Assembly (NCBI GenBank): GCA_039802605.1
Contig: JBDRWW010000002.1
Location: 64,001 to 128,000 of the forward strand
DNA: 64,000 nt
Source of the DNA: a candidate division WOR-3 bacterium
Lineage (GTDB): Bacteria; Hydrothermota; Hydrothermia; LBFQ01
Direction: 5' to 3'
Below the pieces are notes generated by a model that did no database searches, was not told the DNA's origin, and saw nothing but the letters and a program-made list of their open reading frames with translations. Position 1 is the stretch's first letter. Each line of letters opens with the position of its first letter. A program made the translations under genes and the position numbers. Below, in pieces: positions 58,141 to 64,000 of this stretch.

Positions 58141-60423
58141 ATGCTCGGAATAATAGCCTTTGGCGATATGGAGTTTTTAGGGCCAGAGGGATTGGAGGAA
58201 AGGGCGAGGTTAAAGGGTGAATGGGTTAATGTGGGGAGCGTATTTTCGGCGAATATAAATTATTCAACAACCATTAGGTTTATAGGGCCAAAACCAATTT
58301 ATGGGGTGGGCTTTTCCGATGGCAAGGCTAGCGGTAGGGTATCTTTTGTTTTACCGCACCCTACGGATACGGCGGTTGCATATATATCTTCTGCGGGAGG
58401 GGGTGTTTGGAAAACCACGGATGGGGGAAACACATGGATACCCCTAACGGATAACCTACCGGTTTTAACGGGTGGGGCGTTGGCCTTTAACCCCTTAAAT
58501 ACAAATGTAATATGGTACGGCTCGGGTGAATTGCATTATTGTGCCGTATGTTTCCCGGGGGATGGCCTATTTAAATCAACGGATGGGGGTATAACCTGGG
58601 TAAAGGTTGCACCGGCAAATGTGGTGGGATATTACATATCCCGGATAATAGTTATGCCAAACGATACGAACACAATACTTGTCGCAAGTGATAGGGGTGT
58701 GGTTAAATCAACGGATGGGGGAAGCACTTGGGTGAACGTTTTCTCCGGCGATCATGCAAACGATTTGGTTTATAGGAGCGATAATCCGAATGTTCTCTTT
58801 GTGGCTACCCTGTATTCGGGTATTTATAAATCAACGGATGGGGGAAATACGTGGACGAGGATTACATCCCTACCAACCTATGGCTATTTTAGGGCGCAAA
58901 TTGGTATTTCCCCAAGCAACCCGGATGTCATATATGTTGGTTTTGGGGATTCAGATTATTCCTTGAAGGCCTTTTATAAATCGACCGATGGAGGTTTAAC
59001 ATGGGTGCAACTAACAAACACACCCAATTACTTGGGTTTTCAAGGGTTTTATAACCATACCATAGTTGTGCATCCCAACGATCCCAATGTTGTATTTGCC
59101 GGGGGGCAATACCCTTATAACTCCTCAACCTATGGTATAGTTAGGAGTACCGATGGCGGAAGCACATGGGAGGATATAACCAACAGGGGTTCAAGCGGCC
59201 ATGTACATCCGGATATACACCATATGGCCTTTGGTGCTGGAAATATTTTATGGGTTGCGTGTGATGGCGGTGTTTGGAAGAGTTATGATAACGGAAACTC
59301 TTGGGTAAATCTAAACGAGGACTTGGAATTAACGCAGTTTTATACGATTGATGCCCATCCATTGGATACCCTTTTGGTGGTTGGCGGTACCCAGGACAAC
59401 GGAACCCCGATGTTTTCCGGAAGCATAAATTGGGATGAGGTTTCCGGAGGAGATGGGGGTCCGGTGCTTTGGAGACCCGATAACCCCATATACTTTTATA
59501 CATCCCAAATTTACACAAATCCCCTTTACATGTTCAGATGGACGGGGAGTTCCGTTATCCTTGAAAGAATCGTAAATTCACCTTGGAGATTTGACAGGGT
59601 TTCTTGGGCCAACGGACCCTTAGAGGGTCACAGGAGTGGTCCCGTTATTATAGCGGGTTCTCATAGGTTGTGGAAATCAACGGACGGGGGAAATACATGG
59701 ACAGCCATCAGCGGGGATTTAACGGGTGGAAGCGGTTATTTACTCTCGGCGGCCTTTTCATATACAAGCACCGATACGATATATACGGGTTCAAATACGG
59801 GTAGGTTTTACTTCACACCCGATGGGGGAAACACATGGATCGCAAGAATTTTACCATCTACCGGATCTATAACGGACATATGGGTTAATCCGAATAACGG
59901 TTCCGAGGTTTATATAACTTTGAGGAGGACAAGCGGTCCAAGGGTTTTGCGCTCATCGGATGCCGGACAAACTTGGCAAGACATAAGTGGGGATTTACCA
60001 ACCGGAAGGAATGTTAGGGCATTGGCAATAGACTTCACGGTTAACCCTTACATTATTTTCGTTGGTACGGATGATGGGGTTTATTATACTTTGGATCAGG
60101 TTAATTATACAAAGGTCTTGGGATTGCCAAACGCCATAGTGTTTAACCTTGATGTTAATACCGTATATAACAAGTTATATGTTGCGACCCACGGGAGGGG
60201 TGTATGGATGATTGATTATTCATCCGTTGTTGAAATCGCGGAAGGTCATAAACGGGAGAAGGGTATAAATTACCTAAAAGGTGGAATAAGGAGCGATGGC
60301 TTTGTTGAGGTTTATGGGATAAACGGTCAAAGGGTTGCCAGCGGAAAGGGTTTTATCCCCTTAAAGAGGGGGATATACTTCGTTTTGCAAAAGGGTAAAT
60401 ACAAAAAGGTCTTGATTAAGTAA
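58141..60423 (+). CDS. Asp-box/BNR (Vps10/YCF48-like) beta-propeller protein with a T9SS-like C-terminal domain
   Basis: Many K/R-S/T-x-DGG-x-TW repeats, GGTQDNG, ATHGRG; start set to ATG 58141 (TAAAAT 7 nt upstream). Confidence 0.88.
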   Translation: MLGIIAFGDMEFLGPEGLEERARLKGEWVNVGSVFSANINYSTTIRFIGPKPIYGVGFSDGKASGRVSFVLPHPTDTAVAYISSAGGGVWKTTDGGNTWIPLTDNLPVLTGGALAFNPLNTNVIWYGSGELHYCAVCFPGDGLFKSTDGGITWVKVAPANVVGYYISRIIVMPNDTNTILVASDRGVVKSTDGGSTWVNVFSGDHANDLVYRSDNPNVLFVATLYSGIYKSTDGGNTWTRITSLPTYGYFRAQIGISPSNPDVIYVGFGDSDYSLKAFYKSTDGGLTWVQLTNTPNYLGFQGFYNHTIVVHPNDPNVVFAGGQYPYNSSTYGIVRSTDGGSTWEDITNRGSSGHVHPDIHHMAFGAGNILWVACDGGVWKSYDNGNSWVNLNEDLELTQFYTIDAHPLDTLLVVGGTQDNGTPMFSGSINWDEVSGGDGGPVLWRPDNPIYFYTSQIYTNPLYMFRWTGSSVILERIVNSPWRFDRVSWANGPLEGHRSGPVIIAGSHRLWKSTDGGNTWTAISGDLTGGSGYLLSAAFSYTSTDTIYTGSNTGRFYFTPDGGNTWIARILPSTGSITDIWVNPNNGSEVYITLRRTSGPRVLRSSDAGQTWQDISGDLPTGRNVRALAIDFTVNPYIIFVGTDDGVYYTLDQVNYTKVLGLPNAIVFNLDVNTVYNKLYVATHGRGVWMIDYSSVVEIAEGHKREKGINYLKGGIRSDGFVEVYGINGQRVASGKGFIPLKRGIYFVLQKGKYKKVLIK

Positions 60424-61383
<960 letters not shown>

Positions 61384-61547
61384 GGCCTATAAAATAGCCC
61401 CTAAATCTTACCCATTTCCTCTGATCCATAGTCCCCCATCATCCTAACAATTGGGTTCTCGTTCTTTGAGGGTAGTAGTTTTATTTAAGGCCGCCAACAT
61501 GCCTTTTGAAAGACTATAAAATTTTTGCCAACCTTAGAATACCCTTT

Positions 61548-62588
61548 ATGACTTCAAAGAAGGCTTTGGATATCCTAAGGGCAATAGAAATAAACGGAAA
61601 AAACCTCGTTAGTGGGGGCTTCTTGGGTAATTTGACCGTTGAAGGTGGAAGGGTTGAGGTAGTTTTAAACATACCCGAGGATATGGAGGATAAGGCTCTC
61701 GATTTGCAAGATAAAGTTAGGGATGAACTCCTAAAAGGGGGGTTCCAAGAAGTTGTTATAAAAACCAAATTGAAAAAAACTCCACCCCCACCAAAAGTTC
61801 AACCCCAAGCGCCCTTTAAAAAGGGCGAAATACCCGGGGTTAAAAATATTATTGCGGTTGCAAGTGGTAAAGGGGGGGTTGGAAAATCCACCTTTGCGGT
61901 GAATTTGGCGTACGCCTTTAAGAGACTCGGTTATAAAGTGGGTTTATTTGATGCGGATATTTACGGACCAACAATAACCGTTATGCTGGGTTTAAAGGAA
62001 GAGAGAATGAGGGTTGCACCAGACAAAAACAAGTTCCTACCCCCTGAAAGGTTTGGAGTTAAGGTGGTATCCTTCGGAATACTCGTAGATGAAAAAACCC
62101 CAATACTCTGGCGAGGGGCTATGTTTCACAAGGCTTACGAGGAACTTATGCTACAAACGGACTGGGGCGAATTGGACTTTTTGGTGGTTGATCTGCCACC
62201 CGGAACGGGTGATGCCCAGTTATCCTTGGCGCAATTATTTGATGTTAAGGGTGTGTTAATGATAACAACACCCCAATTGGTGGCCATTGCCGATGTTTTG
62301 AGGGCTATAAATGGGTTTGAAAAGTTAGAGGTAAAGGTTCTCGGCATTGTTGAAAACATGGCCTATTTCGTATGTCCGGATAGTGGGAAAAAGTATTACA
62401 TATTCGGGCAAGGGGGTGGTAAAAGGTTATCGGAAATAACGGGGGTACCATTGCTTGCAAGCATACCAATAGACGAATACATATCCACAAGCGGGGATAA
62501 CGGAATACCCGTTGTTGAAGCCTATCCCGACGCCCCGAGTTCAAAGTCCATTATTAAAGTTGCCGAAAGTATAATAAAGGGTTTATGA
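61548..62588 (+). CDS. Mrp/NBP35 (ApbC) Fe-S cluster carrier ATPase
   Basis: ASGKGGVGKST, DLPPGTGD, ENM; start ATG 61548 (TAGAAT 7 nt upstream). Confidence 0.95.
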   Translation: MTSKKALDILRAIEINGKNLVSGGFLGNLTVEGGRVEVVLNIPEDMEDKALDLQDKVRDELLKGGFQEVVIKTKLKKTPPPPKVQPQAPFKKGEIPGVKNIIAVASGKGGVGKSTFAVNLAYAFKRLGYKVGLFDADIYGPTITVMLGLKEERMRVAPDKNKFLPPERFGVKVVSFGILVDEKTPILWRGAMFHKAYEELMLQTDWGELDFLVVDLPPGTGDAQLSLAQLFDVKGVLMITTPQLVAIADVLRAINGFEKLEVKVLGIVENMAYFVCPDSGKKYYIFGQGGGKRLSEITGVPLLASIPIDEYISTSGDNGIPVVEAYPDAPSSKSIIKVAESIIKGL

Positions 62589-63310
62589 ATTCGGTTTTGA
62601 GGACGGAGAACCTCGTAAAGATTTACAAAAAAAGAAAGGTTGTTAACGGTGTTTCGGTATTTGTGAAGCAGGGGGAGATAGTGGGGCTTTTGGGGCCAAA
62701 CGGTGCCGGTAAAACTACAACATTTTATATGGTGGTTGGGGCCATAAAACCCAACGGTGGTAAGGTTTATTTGGACGGAAAGGATATTACGAAATTACCC
62801 ATGTTTAAGCGCGCCCGCTTGGGGATAGGATATTTGCCGCAGGAACCTTCCGTATTCAGGTACCTATCCGTTTGGGATAATATATACGGCGTTCTTGAAA
62901 TGAGGGGTGTTAAGAGAAGTGAAGCAAAAAGGAAAACGGAAGAGGTTATAGAATTGTTAAATTTAAAAAAAGTGGTGAAGAGTTTGGGAATCCAACTTTC
63001 TGGTGGGGAAAGGAGGAGGGTTGAGGTTGCAAGGGCAATTGTTTTAAATCCCAAATTCCTGCTCCTTGACGAACCCTTTGCCGCCGTTGATCCGAAAACA
63101 AGGGAAGAAATACAAGAAATCGTATTAAAGTTGAAGAACATGGGTATAGGTGTAATAATAACGGACCACAATGTAAGGGAGACATTGGAAATTACCGACA
63201 GGGCTTATATAATTTACGATGGGAAAATATTGCTTGAAGGTTCAACACAGGATTTGATAAACGACCCGAAGGCAAGGGAGATATATCTCGGAGAAAAGTT
63301 TAGGATGTAA
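62585..63310 (+). CDS. lptB: LPS export ABC transporter ATP-binding protein
   Basis: GPNGAGKTTTFY, YLPQEPSVF, LSGGERRRVE, TDHNVRETL. Confidence 0.96.
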   Translation: MNSVLRTENLVKIYKKRKVVNGVSVFVKQGEIVGLLGPNGAGKTTTFYMVVGAIKPNGGKVYLDGKDITKLPMFKRARLGIGYLPQEPSVFRYLSVWDNIYGVLEMRGVKRSEAKRKTEEVIELLNLKKVVKSLGIQLSGGERRRVEVARAIVLNPKFLLLDEPFAAVDPKTREEIQEIVLKLKNMGIGVIITDHNVRETLEITDRAYIIYDGKILLEGSTQDLINDPKAREIYLGEKFRM

Positions 63311-63354
63311 GGATTTTTAGCCAAAAAATTCTTCGGGCTTAAAATTCCACACCT

Positions 63355-64000
63355 ATGGTATCCATCATTTCCTTTTTTGTCCATCCCGAAACCGCGTTAT
63401 GGGTTGGAGATAAAATATTCGTAAGCGATATAGGTGAGTTTAATAAGAGGGACGGAAAGGTTTATGTTAGGATTGGAAGTAATTGGGAGGTATATGCATC
63501 GTATTTAAATGACCCTAAGGGTTTGGCACACTGCAAGGGAGTATTGTATGTGGCAGATGTTGATAGGATATGGGCCATAAAAGACAAATCGGCCGTTTTC
63601 CTTTTTGTGGGTCCGAAGGATTTCAAGGCGGAATTTTTAAACGGCATAACCTGCCGCAGAGGCGAAAAACTTTATGTTAGCGACACATATGGGAATGCGA
63701 TTTACGAGGTTGATATAAGCACAAAAACCGTGAAAAAGGTTTTGGAAGTTGAAAAACCCAACGGCCTAGCCCTTGACATCTCCGGAAACCTGTATATAAT
63801 AACATTCACAAAACCCGGAATGATTTTAAGGTGGGATGGCAACAAAATTGATACGCTCCTTGTAAGCGAGGATATAAACGGGGGGGATGGAATAGTTTAT
63901 GACGAAGATAGTAGAGCCATAATAGCATCGGGGTTTGAATCCGGTAAGGTTATCCAATTAACACCGGACGGTAAGTACGAGGTTATAGCAAAGGATTTGA
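63355..64000 (+). CDS. SMP-30/gluconolactonase-like beta-propeller protein (partial, runs off the right edge)
   Basis: Translated by hand: MVSIISFFVHPE...LNDPKGL...LYVAD...FLNGI...LYVSD...PNGL...GDGI; no stop before the edge. Confidence 0.82.
   Translation, partial: MVSIISFFVHPETALWVGDKIFVSDIGEFNKRDGKVYVRIGSNWEVYASYLNDPKGLAHCKGVLYVADVDRIWAIKDKSAVFLFVGPKDFKAEFLNGITCRRGEKLYVSDTYGNAIYEVDISTKTVKKVLEVEKPNGLALDISGNLYIITFTKPGMILRWDGNKIDTLLVSEDINGGDGIVYDEDSRAIIASGFESGKVIQLTPDGKYEVIAKDL

Noticed and set aside
58405..59980. Recurring AAATCAACGGATGGGGG-like DNA repeats as a possible CRISPR or repeat array
   Set aside because: In-frame Asp-box protein repeats (KSTDGGxTW) with irregular spacing and synonymous variation; no cas genes.

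Overview
Dense (almost fully coding), roughly 40% GC chromosomal segment of a diderm, probably thermophilic bacterium. Arg is mostly AGG and Ile mostly ATA; lolA, lptB, a TonB receptor and T9SS-like C-terminal domains are present. An FCB-related candidate lineage such as WOR-3/Hydrothermae is my inference, not a database result. The window holds about 65 CDS, mostly housekeeping genes in heavily reshuffled operons (nuoD-yidC-murJ; rpsF-ssb-rpsR-rplI; a purN-purH fusion; dnaN; rplO-secY-adk-map-infA; V-ATPase I-K-E; metG; ldh; lptB), plus one tRNA-Asp, a DpnII-like restriction-modification pair and two Uma2 paralogues. I see no CRISPR array, prophage or IS element. The most striking signals are genome-architectural. 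(1) Thirty operon-leading genes have a TAnnnT -10 box 6-11 nt before the start codon and no Shine-Dalgarno, implying near-universal leaderless mRNA. (2) About a dozen proteins that should be exported begin with only 5-9 uncharged hydrophobic residues instead of a normal signal peptide, and the SecY in the window carries substitutions near known signal-suppressor (prl) positions, which makes this a candidate undescribed minimal-signal export system. (3) Two different C-terminal sorting signals occur. (4) A CCA-less tRNA ends 1 nt before a possible TTG start codon. (5) There is a two-domain mini-S1 protein and an apparently catalytically dead RlmD paralogue.
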